A DNA stretch of 64,000 bases from NCBI RefSeq assembly GCF_009914755.1, contig NC_060927.1; one strand, given 5' to 3'. Positions 29,823 through 45,550 of this stretch are shown here, in pieces. Under the pieces are notes generated by a model, which was not told where the DNA came from, did not search any database, and saw nothing but the letters and a program-made list of their open reading frames with translations. Made by a program: the position numbers and the translations under genes. The stretch comes from the human T2T-CHM13v2.0 reference genome, Homo sapiens. How positions within the stretch are numbered: position 1 is the first letter of the stretch; every line of letters begins with the position of its first letter.

Positions 29823-31024
29823 TTAATTTCTGTCTAGAGTTGTTTGTTTTTGTTTTTGATTGGGGGACATTAAAGATAACTCTAGCCTTACTAAATTAGT
29901 GTCCAATGGTAATTTTGCTCCTTCAAAATTGAGGCCTTCCCTCTTTAAAGGTTCTCAAAAGACCATACTATTACTCTGAGACCACTGTTTTATCCCCTGG
30001 AATCTTGAAGCCTCATTCAAACATTCTAATGACAAACTGCAATGCAGATTGTTTCCGGAGTAGTTTGGAACATACGGGAATCTTTCTTGAGCACATATGT
30101 TGGGAGTTGGGAGCTGGCTGAACTAATACATTCAGGAGAAAAAAGATTGACATATAAACTTAACGAGGTGAGTTCAAGAAGTTGTAATTTGGCTTACAAA
30201 GCTCTGAGAATGTCAGCAGCCTGCTCCTCATTTAACTTCATGCACTCCTTTCCCACCTTGCAGTTTGCATCTCTCCTGGGCGTATATTATGTCATCAGAA
30301 CATCCTGACATAAATCTTCCTTCATTTAAGTTCATAAGCAGTATTCAGGAAGACTGCCATTAGGAACCCTAACAGTGAAAGTTGAATCAAGTGGGGTGCA
30401 GAAGGGTGTGGAAGACAATCACGAACTGAAGTGGAGGCATTGTTCTGATGCTGTGAAAGGGGCTTTTAAGTATATTAATGATATTCCTGTGAAAGCTACC
30501 TTATCAATTCATTCAAAATAAAACAGCCATTATGCAAAAACTGTGACACAGAAGGAAAGAACATAATGATCCTTTTGTTACAAACAGCTGGGCAAATAAG
30601 TCAACATTCAATCAGGGTTCCCTAAAAGAAATGTTAACTATTTTAATTAATGCATCTTTTAAAAATATTTCCGAATATTACAAAACTACTAAAATAATCT
30701 GAAAACACTTATTCTTCCTTTTTTTCCCTCTTCCTTATACTAATAAGCCTCCCTAGAGGTTAAATAACTGTCTCAGTTTAACTTCTAATTGATACTGAGA
30801 CCCCAGTTGCTAAATAGTGGGACAGAAATAAATGGCCACTGAAAATTAATAACATGTGTGATTGATTTCTATTCTCTGTGTTGGACAGTAACTGAAAATG
30901 ATCTCTCCAAGTATTTTTGCATAATTTTTATGCAGGTGAAGATTAATATCTCTATACTTTTAAATTATTACAATATTTGATCATGGCTTGGCTGTATTAA
31001 TAATGTGTCGGGTCAAGTGAAAAT

Positions 31025-31200
31025 AATACAGATTTGGGAGTCAGACCTGGGTTTGAATTCCAGATTTAATCTATTTTGGTTTTGATATCAGGCAAGCTAT
31101 TTAACCATTCTGGGAAATAGAAAAAAATTGCATCTATCTTAAATACTACAGTTAAGATTAAATAAGATAATACATGTTGCAAATGGATAGTTTTATGCCC
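31025..31200 (+). mobile_element. MIR
   Basis: 'ggagtcagacctgggtttgaattcca...ggcaagctatttaacc...gattaaataagataatacatg'. Confidence 0.7.
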
Positions 31201-31699
31201 CAAAAATATTTAATAATAGATATGCAGATGAGTTAATTGTTTACCACTCCATATTCATCCTACTTTTTCTTCTCTTCAATCCCTTTCTATTTAGAGAAGA
31301 ATAGGTCTGTATAAGTCCATAAATACTTCAATGAATAGAGGGAGACTGGTGTCATCTCTGGCCTAATTGAGGTTTAAATACCCCCAAAATATGAATACCA
31401 TTGCTCATTAGTTACTTTCCATGAAGACAAAAACTCAGATCATGTTTTTAGGTTCAAGTTTCACAAGGATGGAATACAGCTGGTAACCTCCAAATTGGAT
31501 GGATGTTGATGCTGGAACAAATACTGAGAAGATCATTCATTCATTGAGTTGTCTTCATTCCATGCTCACACAGAAACTACCTGAATTTTCCATTGTTCAG
31601 CCCATCACCTAACCTCAAGCTCCTACATATGGGCTCGCTTTCTCTATATTGTGCATTTGACGGTGGGAGCGAAGAACCAATAATTGAAAACATGCTAGT

Positions 31700-31910
31700 C
31701 ATAGGCATTATAAAAAGCATTTTCCATGCATTTTATTACTGATTTCACAAACTTGCTCTATGAAATTGGTGCTAGTATTATCCTTCATATTATACATAAC
31801 AAAACTGAGACATCTTACGACTATTTTTAAAAATCATATGAAAGATAAGCAGTACATTTGGGCGCTGGATTTTTGAATTCCAATGCATGAAATCACTTCA
31901 TCATACTGTA
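31700..31910 (-). mobile_element. MIR
   Basis: 'ctatgaaattggtgctagtattatcc...aaaactgagac'. Confidence 0.55.
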
Positions 31911-32924
31911 TGCTGTTGTTTTTAGGGGCTTATTCTGAAGCCCTTGGCACTGACCTAAGAACCACAAATGGGTATCTTAGGATGAAAAACAATGCCTCAC
32001 TTCCTCCTTTAGCTTGGAATGTTGTGATACGGCCTTAAGATAGAAAGCAAGTAGTCATTAGCCTCCCTTTTAACAACCTTTAAGAGCTCTGAAGATGACT
32101 ATTATGATAACCCCTTAGTTTTGTCCTTCACCTTCTCCTTCCTATTATTGGAAGGATTCTAAATACCATACTCCTACATCTAGCTGTATTTATACCTTAT
32201 ATATCCAGAGCAAGCCATTTGACCTGTTAGGACCTTGGTTTCCTTGGCTTAAAATGACATTAAACAATATAATCACCCAGATACATTTCGGTTCTAAACA
32301 GATTTTTATTCTACAATGCAAAATAAAAGTCATTTTTATCTGTTCTCTTGGCCTCATTTTGAAACCTTTTCTTCACGATTAAGACACTCTAAAACCTTCA
32401 ACAAGTCCATATATGATAACTAATAAATATTAGTATATAGACACTTACGTGTATATACACACGTGTATATACATGTTTGTGAATATATTTAATAAACATA
32501 TATTAATATATATCATTAATTATGTAATATAATTAGTAATTATGTAATAAATAACATTTAATGTGATATGTACCCAGGAATAAATACCAGTGCAAACACA
32601 CTACAAATGAATATGTGAAAGAAATGCAACCTGTGTTTTGTTGACCCAATCAAAACTCACATACCAAGAAAGGAAGATACATACTGTGATAGTGGGAAAG
32701 TCTACATAGGATGGTGAAAATGATATATGAGATTACTTAAGGCATAGAGAGAGAAAAGGAAGTGTTTGAAAGTCTATTTAATTTCCATCTTTATATTCAA
32801 AATCTTGCAGGCTACCAAGTAAATCCTTCTGAGCCCAGTAATTCATATCTTTTTCTTTCTTTAATTTTTCAGGCAGAGGAGGATTTAAAATTGGGAGATA
32901 GTAAAATTTTGTGAGTTAGCATTC

Positions 32925-33155
32925 ATTGAAAAATTGTCACATTCCTGGCTCTGTATTGTCCATCTTGCACAATTGTTTGATTTAAAACTCACAGTACTAC
33001 CTGTTGAGGAGACTATTAAGTATCTGTAATATAGGAATGAGATTGTTGGGATTCCAAAGGTTAAAGACTTAGCTATTCCTTCTATAACTACTAAGCAGCA
33101 GACTTAGAATTAGAAATTAATTGTATCTGGATCCAGAGACCAAGCTCTTTCTGTC
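32925..33155 (-). mobile_element. MIR
   Basis: degraded reverse MIR core. Confidence 0.45.
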
Positions 33156-33779
33156 TATCTGTAACAAAACAATAATCGTGATTTTGTGTTAGAAAAAATA
33201 GGTTATCAAAGCTTTCTTTTCCAAAGTGGCACTGTACGAACCCTGTGACCCAATGCTTCCTAGTTCTTGATCTACAGAATCACATGTAATTATATAGTAT
33301 TTGGTAAATAAAAGAGAAAATTGAATACTGCTTTGAAATTGGTTGATACAATTTACCACTAGTGGATTTAATATAGAGAAAATATTAAAGAGCTGTATGT
33401 TGGTAAAAGTTGGTAATTCTTTTGAGTGGTGGTAGAAAGTCTTAGTAACCGGAATAATAAATCTGATGTCCCTGGGACTTGCTAAGGTGGGCTTTTTGTT
33501 TGTTATTTTGTTTGGTTTGTTTTGGCCCTAAGACTTCTGGTCTTCCCTTCTGAATCTCCTAGGGAGGGCTTCTGAATAAAGAAAAGAGAATCATAGTTAT
33601 TTATACTTTGGAAGCTACAGGAATACAGCACAATCAAAATGAGAAGGAAATGGAAACAGGAGCTTCCTAAAGAGCCTTATGTCCTCCAGGGATTACTTTG
33701 AAAAGAAAATGGATAAATTCTGATTATATGGGATTTCAGGCCATGAAAGCTGGGTTTAGTGAGAATAAAGAAAGATAAA

Positions 33780-33915
33780 CATTTAGTCATGTCTTCTTGT
33801 GCGCCAGGCACTGTGCCGATATCTTTAATCAATGTCCCAACTTTTTGAGGTGTCTTCATTATAGAAGTGAAGAAAACTGACGTGCTAAGTGGTACAGTCA
33901 CTTTCTTAAGGTGAA
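33780..33915 (-). mobile_element. MIR
   Basis: 'tgtgcgccaggcactgtgc...gtgaagaaaactgacg'. Confidence 0.55.
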
Positions 33916-35224
33916 GTAAAACTGAATGTTGTTATGTATGTCTTGATGATCTTTACAACCTTTGAAGATTAACTTTACAATGACCCCCCTGTTTTTTGCT
34001 TCTTCCTCATTCTCATTTTTTTCTTTCTTCTTTTCTCTAATTTATGATCACCATGTTTTCAAAATACTTTTTAAAGAGCTCTAATAATTTTGATCAGGAG
34101 AGCAGCATACAATTTCAATCACTACCTGTTTATTTTTCACGACCTATGCCCTTGCCCAGAACCTCTTCTAACTCTACCTTCATAACTCTGACTTTTTGTC
34201 TCATAAACGTGCTTGTTAGAGTGCAGAAGGTTGCCTTGACAAGGAACATGAACCAAATCACTAGACCGTCAAGTTTCTTTTCATATCATAATTACAGGTG
34301 CTTTCTGGAGAGTAATTAGCAAGATGGGTGCCATGTAATTTTCAGAACCATCTTCCAATCCTGATCTCTTTCCCATAACAGCATTCTCTGACAGGTATGC
34401 CTATTTTTCAAGTTTAGAAACTGCAGCATCAGGTGACTTAAACTAGATTTAAGAATGAGGAGAATGCTACAGAAGGGAGCACGAGAACTGAAACGATGAT
34501 TGTTATCACCCCACCTCTAAAATAATAGGCCCCTACTAGTTTCTTCAGTGCCATTTGTATTGTGGATTAGAAACTCCCTTGTAACAAAATGACATGCTTG
34601 CTTCCTAGTTATTTAGAGAGGGCTGGAATTGGTGGCATTGCTGCCCCCCACCCCCTGCCCCATGCATAGCCAACACTCTTAGTTACAGCAAATGTTCTAG
34701 AATCTGTCATTGTTTTAAAATACCAACCAGGAGATATGGTCATTTCCTCATAGCAATGAATAATGCATTGAATCTTTCAGATAGTGAAATCACTAAAAAT
34801 AGCAGGAAAGTTGAACGCCATGAGCCATAAAACAAAATCCTTACTATTTCTGAATACTGTTATTATTTAAAGATGACACCAGACAAACTAATTTCCTAAA
34901 GATTTTGCTTGTTTTATTTTACTTATTTCACAGCAAATTTCCAAGTAACTTCTGAAAGATTGAACAAATACCAAAGTGGTTTTTATGTTATTGCTCTAGT
35001 TCTTAAAATTTGAGCACAGATGAGACCTCACTTACCTCTCATACCCTTACCTTGATGCCTGACACTCACATATTAAACCGGAGTATGAGGGATTGAAAAA
35101 TAAATTTTAAAACCTTGGGAAGAAACCCACCTTTAAAATGAAAAAACCTTGGGTAATAGCTCTGATTTTCCATTTTAAAGGTGGGTACTCTCTTCTGTTA
35201 AATAGAACACTCCTAATGTGTTAA

Positions 35225-35400
35225 TGATAGTCTAGGTTTTAACCTTAACTAACTAGATATACTTGGGAAAATCAGTCGGCTTTTCTGATCTTTTGTTTTC
35301 CCATATGTAAAATAGAGATATTATCACCTGCTTATAAGAGTGTTGTACAGATAAGAAGAGATGAGTGAAAAACTTTATAAACCATAAAACTTACAATTTA
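35225..35400 (+). mobile_element. MIR
   Basis: 'cttgggaaaatca...ttcccatatgtaaaatagagatattatcacct'. Confidence 0.55.
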
Positions 35401-36694
35401 AGTAATAATGTCATTGATTCAAAGAAGACATGAAATCACCATAAAGGGACTTTGGACAAACCCCCCTTGGACACACACACCTCATTTTGAGTTAAGGTTT
35501 TTTTTTTTTCCATGTTGTTTGATTCACACAATATATGAATAACTTACTTTAAAAGATTCAGAAGCATGTGGAGAGAAATGAGAAAGTTTTCTTAGTGAAC
35601 CTGTTTAAGATTTTTATTTTCCCAATGTAGTCACTGTTAATAGTTGGAAGTATCCTTTCCTCCTTCCTCTTTAACAGTGCAGTCAACCCGCACTTCTTAC
35701 GCTTGAGGCAGATCTGGGGAAGTGTTGCGGTTTGACCTCTGTGTGACCCCGTGTTTGTCATTTTTCCTGCTTGGAACATATCCACCTTTCAGATATGGAG
35801 AAACAGAAATCTCTTTCTGGATGAAAGTGATGTCAAACAGTGAGTCATCAATATCCCCTAAAAAAAGCTTGTTGTTTGAGCATTGTTTTTTTTTTTAACC
35901 TAGTGAAAAGACAATTATTCCGTTATCCATGAATCATCACTTTTTAGGCTGTCATTAGTACACGTTTGAGAATGAAGCTGACAGAAGAATGGTGCCAAAT
36001 CATTCATGTGGAGCTTGAAAATGCTGGATAATTTGATTGCTCTCCTGTTTTCAGTCAGATGTGAAGCTAAAGTGATTGCTTGAAATCTGTTGAATATATA
36101 AATTTTTTATCAAGCTTTGTTGAGATAGTGTTTTTGAGTCTTTACATTTCTGATGTTGCCTTTGACGTTTGAGGCACTGTGACCAAATATAGACACTAGT
36201 TTATTTGTGATTTCATATCAATTTGTGTCAGAACTCAATAGAAAACTGCCATTTATAAATGCTAAAAATTATTTATATTATTAATAAAGACAATGTAATT
36301 TTATGTATTTTATGTCATCACAATGGTGGCTATACAACAAAACTAATTTTCAGTTTCCACTTCAGTTAGGAAGTGGGAAATTTGCATCCATGATCTTCAA
36401 GTTTCATACTTTTTTACCCCTTAAAAAATAACTTTGAAAAACTTTGGATATTTCAAGTTGACCTACAAAACTTTTAATACAAAACTTAAATTGTTATAAA
36501 AGATGTAATTTGTAGTATTATAAATACTAAAATTTTAAAATAAAGCTCATATCACTGCTTAAAATGTCTTCAATAAATAGAGAAATTTGATATCCACATT
36601 TATTTATTTTAAGAAATAGCCAAGCTATTAATAGTCAAATATTTTACATAGTTTTTTAATCTTTTAAAACTCACATATATATTCCATATAACCC

Positions 36695-36800
36695 TGAAAA
36701 GATGAGGCACAAGGAGGTTAAATGATTTGCCTAAGGTCACATAGCACATATATGGCAACTCACATGAATCCAGACTGCTTGCCTCAGAGTCTGATATTTA
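36695..36800 (-). mobile_element. MIR
   Basis: 'tgaggcacaaggaggttaaatgatttgcctaaggtcacatagc'. Confidence 0.7.
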
Positions 36801-39159
36801 TATTATTAATAACCGTTTGTTATTTACATTCTGAGCTTAAATGAAATTTTAAAAATGTGTACACCACCTATTAATAATTTGTTCCTTGTGTTGATACTGC
36901 TTCTTTTATCTATGAACATATATATTTTAAACTGTTAATAGAAGAGCATGATATAGGGCCCAGTTGGTTCCATGCCTGGAAGATACATTATGAGTTTTTA
37001 GAAAGGAAAGAGAATATATTTTTCAATTGTTCAAAAAAATTGACAGACTTTGTGTTTAGTACCGTGTAATATTTTCTGATGCAGAATAAAAGGAATAAAA
37101 TCCACTTTCAGTGATGCAAATAAGGGAGAAAATGATTTTTTTTGAATGCCATTCCTGTCAATCATTTTTATGTTAAAAAAAAGGGAGATTCACTGACTTG
37201 AGAAGGAGACCCAGCATGAAGCTCATGTTCCTGTGGATGGACCCTTTCGTTTGGGGTCTATTCTTCCTATGGGGGTATGGGGTTTCAAGGGTTTTTTGCT
37301 CTCACTTTTGAAAAACTTTAAAGATTATGACCTCACCAGGAAAGGGCTCAAAAACTTGCAGGAGAATATCTGATTTTTATTTCATGTTATCCCGTGTAGA
37401 GAAATAAATTATGTTGAAAATACTTTGTGAATGAATTCTGCCTCTTGAATTTCTGAACCTATCATACTCTCCCTTATGAAACCAATATATTTATTGGGGA
37501 CCTGGCAGGAAGGGAAAAAAAAAACTTCCCTGAACTTTTACTAATAATGTCCACTAATTGATAGTGCCCATTAATAATAACCAATGTCCATTAATTACCA
37601 AAGGTGAGATGAAAAGAACACCGGCTACTGAAGTCTGACAGAGGACAGGAAACCTCTGGTGGGCCATTCTGCTGTGTGTGTCACAGAAAGTTACAATCCC
37701 ACTTCTGGTAATGCCGGTTTCCTTGGCTTGTCCTGGCTGGTTTACCATATTCCTTCCTTCTTTCTCACCCCATCTCCTTCCCTGTCTCCTATTTTATTAT
37801 CTCATCTGTTTGTGATCCCCTTACCACATTATGTCCCTTCCTTTTTCCTTTTTTTCCCATTATTTATAACCCTAATAAGGGCGCCTCCATCCCATGATTA
37901 AGTCCTGCTGTGCCTTGAGAGTAATCCAGATTATATAGGATGCCGAGCTTTCCTCTGGAAGAACTGACAACCCAGCTGTCAGCTATTCCCTACATCGCCC
38001 TCACAACCCATCCCCACAGCGTGGAGAGTTAGAGGCATTTATGAGGCACCAGAAGCACTATCATTTACTGTAGAACAAACACTGTGCCACTCACTTCAGA
38101 CATACAATCATATTAGACCTAGATTACATAAATCCTACACCATGCAGATGAAGAAACAGAAGCTTTGAGAGCTGTTCAAATCCATGGAACAGGGGCGGCC
38201 TGGGTCTACCTGCTCCAAGTCTGTGCAAAACTCTCCCTCTCCCCCTCACTGCCTCTGAGAATATGGTTAACCTTAAATTCTAACGGAATTGGATTACATA
38301 ACTCAAGTTGGGATTTTGTGAAGAGAATATTTGCAGAAAACTACTTAAGTCAGGTTTTCTCACATCTGAATTGCGGGAGGACTGCAGTCTTCAGTAGAGT
38401 AGTTTCCATTGTACCATCGCTTTCTTCTGGTTTCAGATAAATTCCTTTCACTAAGAGGTTGAAGGCACCAACTGCGGCTTTCTCTTTGTAGCCATGCAAC
38501 TGTTCAAAACAACTGTTTAAAAGACTTAAACCTTCCTTTAAATGGGAGATTTTTTTTTTTCAATTTGCCATGCTACTATGCTAAACTACAACAAGTCACA
38601 GATTAAGGACATGCACACCTGTAAAGTGAGATGTCATAGAAATAACAACCATTCAGAGCTGGAAGGGTAAAACCACCTTTCATTTCTCCCATATATGACC
38701 AGGTGTCTTTTACTATGGCATAAGAGCTATTATTCATATATTTAGATTTTACTTTCATTTATTCATTTCATCCTGGCAACAAACATCGAGAAAAGAGCTA
38801 TAGGAAAATGTTTAAATGACTGATATTGCATTTCCTATCCAAAGCACAAATCACATTATCTCCAAAGGTATTTAAATCATTTTCTGCCTCAAAACAGATA
38901 GTAAATTAAAATGTCAAAAATACTTTTTAGCTTAAACATTTGTTTTGAAGATTAAAGTTATAACCTGGCATTAATGTTAATGAAAGTCACAAATTTTGTT
39001 CTTTTGTAGATTTCAGCAGTCTAGGTTCGCAGAAACAGGAAAAAAAAAAAGCAGTTTTGGAATCTTCATCTAGAATATTTTTTAATGATAATGATATTAG
39101 TGGATCTTGAATAGAATAATATCATCAGAAGCAAGATCTGGTACTGTACAAAATCACAG

Positions 39160-39350
39160 TTTCTGAATTCAAGGTCTGCATTTGTTACTTGCTATGTGGG
39201 TCCTGGCAAAGTCAATAACCTCAGTTTTCTCATCTATATGATGGGGGTCATAGTGATACCTAATATAATGATTTCAGGTATTAAATGTGACTATGCCTAT
39301 AAAAATCCTTAGCATTATATCTGACATGAAATGTAGTAAGGGCTCAAACC
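39160..39350 (+). mobile_element. MIR
   Basis: 'ggcaaagtcaataacctcagttttctcatctatatgatgggg'. Confidence 0.6.
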
Positions 39351-39885
39351 AAGGGTGACTTTGGTTTGTATTATAATTATTACATACCAGAAGGTTGACT
39401 AGGGTGAGAAAGACTTGAAAAGGTGCCAGAGTGGTCATAGTCAAATAAGTTTGCAAAATACACATGAGTACATTGAATGCTTTGAAAAGTACTGCACTAA
39501 AGATTGTTCCTAAGCTTTATGTAACTCAGTATTTTTCAATGTTATATGCCCAAGGATGGCTTCCCCTACACCACTCTCAAAACTTTGATGTGAATGTCCC
39601 ACAGAAATTAGAACTGTGATAGGTACTCCAATAACAAGCCCTCCCTTCCGTGGTGGTGATTTATATTTAGGCATTTGTTGGTTTTGGGTAATGATGTTAT
39701 ATTTTTAAATAAGTCCTTTTTTATAATAAAGTAATTCATGCTTACTACTGAAGTTTTGGAAAATTGAGAGGTGTAAAATATAACAATTAATTGTACTTAG
39801 GCTTATCTTCTAAAGAAAACCATTGTTAACATAAGATGGGTCACTTTCCATATTTCTTTCACCATTTAATATTTTTTGACTCAAT

Positions 39886-40156
39886 TTTTTTTTTGAGACA
39901 CAGTGTCACTCTGTCACCCAGGCTGGAGTGCAGTGGTGCAATCTCCGCCTCCGGGGCTCAAGTGATTCTCCCACCTCAGCCTCCTGAGCTGGGATTACAG
40001 GCACAGGCCACCATGCCTGGCTAATTTTTTGTATTTTTGGTAGAGATGGGGTTTTGCCATGTTGCCCGGGCTGGTCTTGAACTCCTGAGCCCAAGGGTCT
40101 ACTCACCTCAGCCTCCCAAGTGCTGGGATTACAGGCATGAGCCACCGCGCCTGGCC
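39886..40156 (-). mobile_element. Alu (AluJ-like) with small internal deletions
   Basis: 'ggggctcaagtgattctcccacctcagcc', 'actcctgagcccaag'; lacks 'ggctcactgcaacctc'. Confidence 0.9.
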
Positions 40157-40162
40157 TTAAAA

Positions 40163-41190
<1,028 letters not shown>

Positions 41191-42017
41191 CCAGTTACTT
41201 TTCTTTTAGTTTGTTTCACTTATACTCATTCTGAATATAAAATTTTGTACATTCCTTTTTTCTTAACATTTTAACATTTGTTAGTACACACTCTTTATAG
41301 ATATTATTTATAGATGTTACATTATTTTCAATTGAGTGAACATGCCGTTATTTTCCTAACCATTAATTTATGGTAATGTTTATAAGCTTTTTACCAAGTT
41401 ATAATTCTTATAAATTAGTATTAAAGTCTTGTAAAGTTTTAAAATTCTAAGGTTTTCTTCCCTATATTTTAGATTACTCATTTATAATAATTTCTTATAA
41501 TTGGGATTAAAGGATCAAAATTTTATTTACTACTTGATTTATTTGTTCAACAGATACGTATTCACTTATTTAACTGAGCATATGTGCCGGGTGTGGTGCT
41601 ATGGTTAAAATCGAATGGTATTTCAGCTATGGGTCCCATCTTAGAGAATGTATCATCAGATTTTTAAGAATCTAATATATGCAGACAAATATAAAAGCAT
41701 TTTCCAAAAGCACTGTCAAATTTGTGCTATAGACCGTAATAATTAAACTCTAAGAACAATTGTAAAAATATATAGGAAAAGAGAGATAAAATACATATAG
41801 AAACAGTAATACATTTACAGATATATGGACATTTAAATAGAAATCTATATGAAGGAGATAGGTAGCATTATGTGGATACATGCATACATAGATATCTCGC
41901 ATTCTTTTTTACTTACCCCAATTGCTGCTTTCATCAGGAAGAATGCTCTATTTATCTAAAATATATGAAAATATCTGAATATCACCACTAGTTGTCTAAT
42001 ACACATATCATACATCT

Positions 42018-42315
42018 TTTTTTTTTTTTTTTTTTTTTTGAGTTTCACTCTTTTCACTCAGGCTGGAGTGCAATGGTGCATCTCGGCTCACTGTAACCTC
42101 CACTGACTGGGTTCTAGTGATTCTCCCACCACAGCCTCCTGAGTAGCTGAGATTACAGGCACCCATCATCATGCCTGGCTAATTTTTGTATTTTTTAGTA
42201 GAGACGGGGTTCACCATGTTGGCTAGGCTGGTCTCGAACTCCTGACCTCAGGTGATCCGCCCACCTCGGCCTCCCAAAGTGCTGGGATTATAGGCGTGAG
42301 CCACCGCACCTGGCC
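42018..42315 (-). mobile_element. Alu (AluSq/Sp-like)
   Basis: T tract of about 20, 'gagtttcactctt...gtgcaatgg', ends 'cctggcc'. Confidence 0.93.
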
Positions 42316-42499
42316 TATGCACATCATTTTTGCATATCTTTCAGAAAATAGAGTCATCAAAAAATTGCCCTTAAGTTTTTAATGTATTTTAATTAAGTTT
42401 ATCAAATCATTGCAGTATATTTTAGCTCTGGGGATAGGCCCAGCTTGCCTTTAGGCTCTCAGGTCTGTTTAGTTTTTTAAAAATTGCACAGTAAATTGT

Positions 42500-43760
42500 A
42501 TTCCAGCAAACTCTTTCCAAATGCCCTCTCTTCTCTGAATTCCCACACATTAGTGCCACTAGGAGTCTTTCCTCCACTACTGCCATAGCAACTTGAAGCA
42601 GTTTCTCCCTGCTTTAAGCTCACTCCTAGCAGAGCTTCCAAATCAACACTCCTGAAACCTTACTCTGATCATTTCATTCTCCCAATCAGTAGCCTGAATA
42701 CAGTTTTTTCAAAGCATACTTCTTTCTCCTTCCTTTTGGCCAACTCCAGTTCCATTCAAATCCAAATCCTCAGCTCCCCTTTCATGCCCTTCACTTTGCC
42801 ACCTTATTCCTAGATTTAGTCTGTCTAGTTGGTCTAGAAAGCCCTATAATATCTACATAATAATAGCTATCATATATTGTGTATTGACTACCTGCTTTGT
42901 TCCAGGAATTGAATAAGGTTTCCAAATGTTATCACATTGACTTTATCACATATGATAGCCTCTATTTCACATACGAAACAACTGTGGCTCATTTAAATGA
43001 CTTGTCTAATTCTTAAAACTTACTTAAATTTATAGCTATTAGGCTCCAGAGGTCTTGTTCTATCAGTTTGAGTACATTTCACAGTCCAGATATTCCTTGT
43101 GCTTCTACCTCGGTTCTCACCAAATTCATGAAATCTTTTCCAATTTAAGTTTAGGCCTACCAAATGACAAGGACTTTGCTGAACACCTGGTATATAAAAA
43201 AAATAAACATGATCTTTGCTCTCAAAAAACATACAATTTAGTTATGAAAACTCAAAATAAATATGTAAACATTTTAACTAGCGCTATGAAGACAAGCACA
43301 TAATACGATGAGACAATAAAGAAAGGTCATAATGAGTGAGGGGATTGGTTCTGATGTGGCTTTGCCAAAGAAGGCAAATGTCAGCTAAGACATCAGGATG
43401 AACAGAAATTAGCCAAGTAAAGAATGGGAGTGTGGAAGAACAATGTCCTAAGCATAAGGAAAAGCGTATGCATCGATTTTGAAATGTAGAAAGACTGTGT
43501 TTTCCAAGAACCAAAACAAGATCATTCAAGGACGTGGTATAAAACTGTGCAGTTGTCTATGGGAATGGTATCCAGTAGGGTTTTGCAGTGGAGCCCTCAG
43601 GTCAAAATACCTTGAGTGAACCAATAGACAGGCATCAATGTAGAAAGGAAGGCAGGGTCAGATCACTCAGCACTCATGAGTTCATATCTCCTTGTGCAAA
43701 TGAAAGTATCCCATAGGATTTAAATCAGTAATTCCCATGCTTCAATTTTGAATGTTTATT
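42500..43760. mobile_element. Cluster of L2 and MIR fragments
   Basis: 'ataatagctatcatatattg', 'aactgtggctc', 'ctttgctctcaaaaaacatacaatttag'. Confidence 0.5.
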
Positions 43761-45199
43761 TATTCTTCCAGAAAATTAACAGTGTGTGTTGACATATCTA
43801 TGCCTATTTTATCTTTAATATATTTTTAACTCTGCAGTGCCTTATATAATTCTTTGAAAACATCAGTTGTTTAATGTGTATTTTCTGAGACATAGAATAA
43901 ATTATTTTCTTTATTTTCTGAATCATGAATGTAGTGTCATCATAATCAGACTACTTTCTTGTATAATGACACCAACTTCAGCATAGTATGCATAAAATTC
44001 TATACCTTTTTTTCAAATGGTATTTTTAAAAAAATTGTCTCTAATCGAACAGAATAACTGGTTAAACTATCAAAAAAATTGCCTTTAATCAACTTTGGAC
44101 CTTCCCAAATGGTTGAGCTCTTAACATTGCTGCCAGCTAAAAATGACTGTTTGTGAACTACAGACATTTGGTGCAGTGACTGCTTTGACAGTTTAGGTAT
44201 AAAAGAACTGTCAAGCTTTTCATTCTAAGGCTATAGGTTACAGATATTTCAGAAGTGAAGTATGGTATTCCCTTTGAATAAATTTGTCACAACCTCTGGT
44301 AATCCCATGTGCAAAAGGACTTACCTCTAAGAGGTTGCATATTAGAGCCCTTGACCTTTCTAAGAAGAATCAACAAAGTTGAGTTTGTAGCAAGTTAGTG
44401 TTTGTAGAGAATGTTGGGAGATTGCCCTTCCCCAGGTGGAAATCTACTGGGTGGGTTGCTGCAAAGTTCCTAGACTGGGGAGAAATATTCATTTATATTT
44501 CATAAGTCAGTGTTAATCAGTCAGCAGTAGTTCTATTGAGAAAGATTTGTAGACAACATCTGGACTAGGGAAGAGATGCCACAACTTATTAATGGTATCT
44601 ATTATATGTTCAGAAAGAGGAGTTGCCCAATAGCTATTGGGCATATAGTTATTATTTATTTCAAAGTCCATTTAAAATAGCCAGGGTCTTGAGGAGGTCT
44701 TTTAGCATGGGACAATCTAATCAAACACAAAACAAAAAGGGATATAAACCAAGATTCTTAAAGATTGGCAAAAAATACCATAAAAAGACCTATAAAACTA
44801 AAATTAATATTCAAAGAGTGCTATAAAATTGATGATAAAATGACCTCAATATAAATTTGGATAATGAGCACAGGCAGATATAGAATTCTTTTAATAGTTC
44901 TTTTTATTCATCCCACTTAGTGAATTGTTCTTTAAATTTTTGATCATTGTTACCTTGGTTCTCTTGGATTTTTCACATGGAGGATCTGTGGGTAATTATA
45001 ACAAATTCCACTGCAACTTTCAAATACCTAAATATCTTTTTAAAAATTTTATTGCATTGACAGGAATTTCTAAAACAATATAAATAATGCTTGAGAGAGT
45101 GTACATTCTTTTCTGTTCTGACCTTTAATGAAAATTCCTTTAATATTAGGATTATTTTTAAATCAGAATAAAAGTTAAATTATATAAATAACTTTTTCT

Positions 45200-45550
<351 letters not shown>

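Noticed and set aside
32447-32474. 14-bp tandem duplication acgtgtatataca(c/t); similar 9-11 bp duplications near 8779, 48712 and 61741
   Set aside because: Ordinary slippage with no functional implication.
32850-32916. Possible 38-nt exon with a good acceptor
   Set aside because: The donor has a weak exonic side (ttt|gtgagt) and there is no other support.
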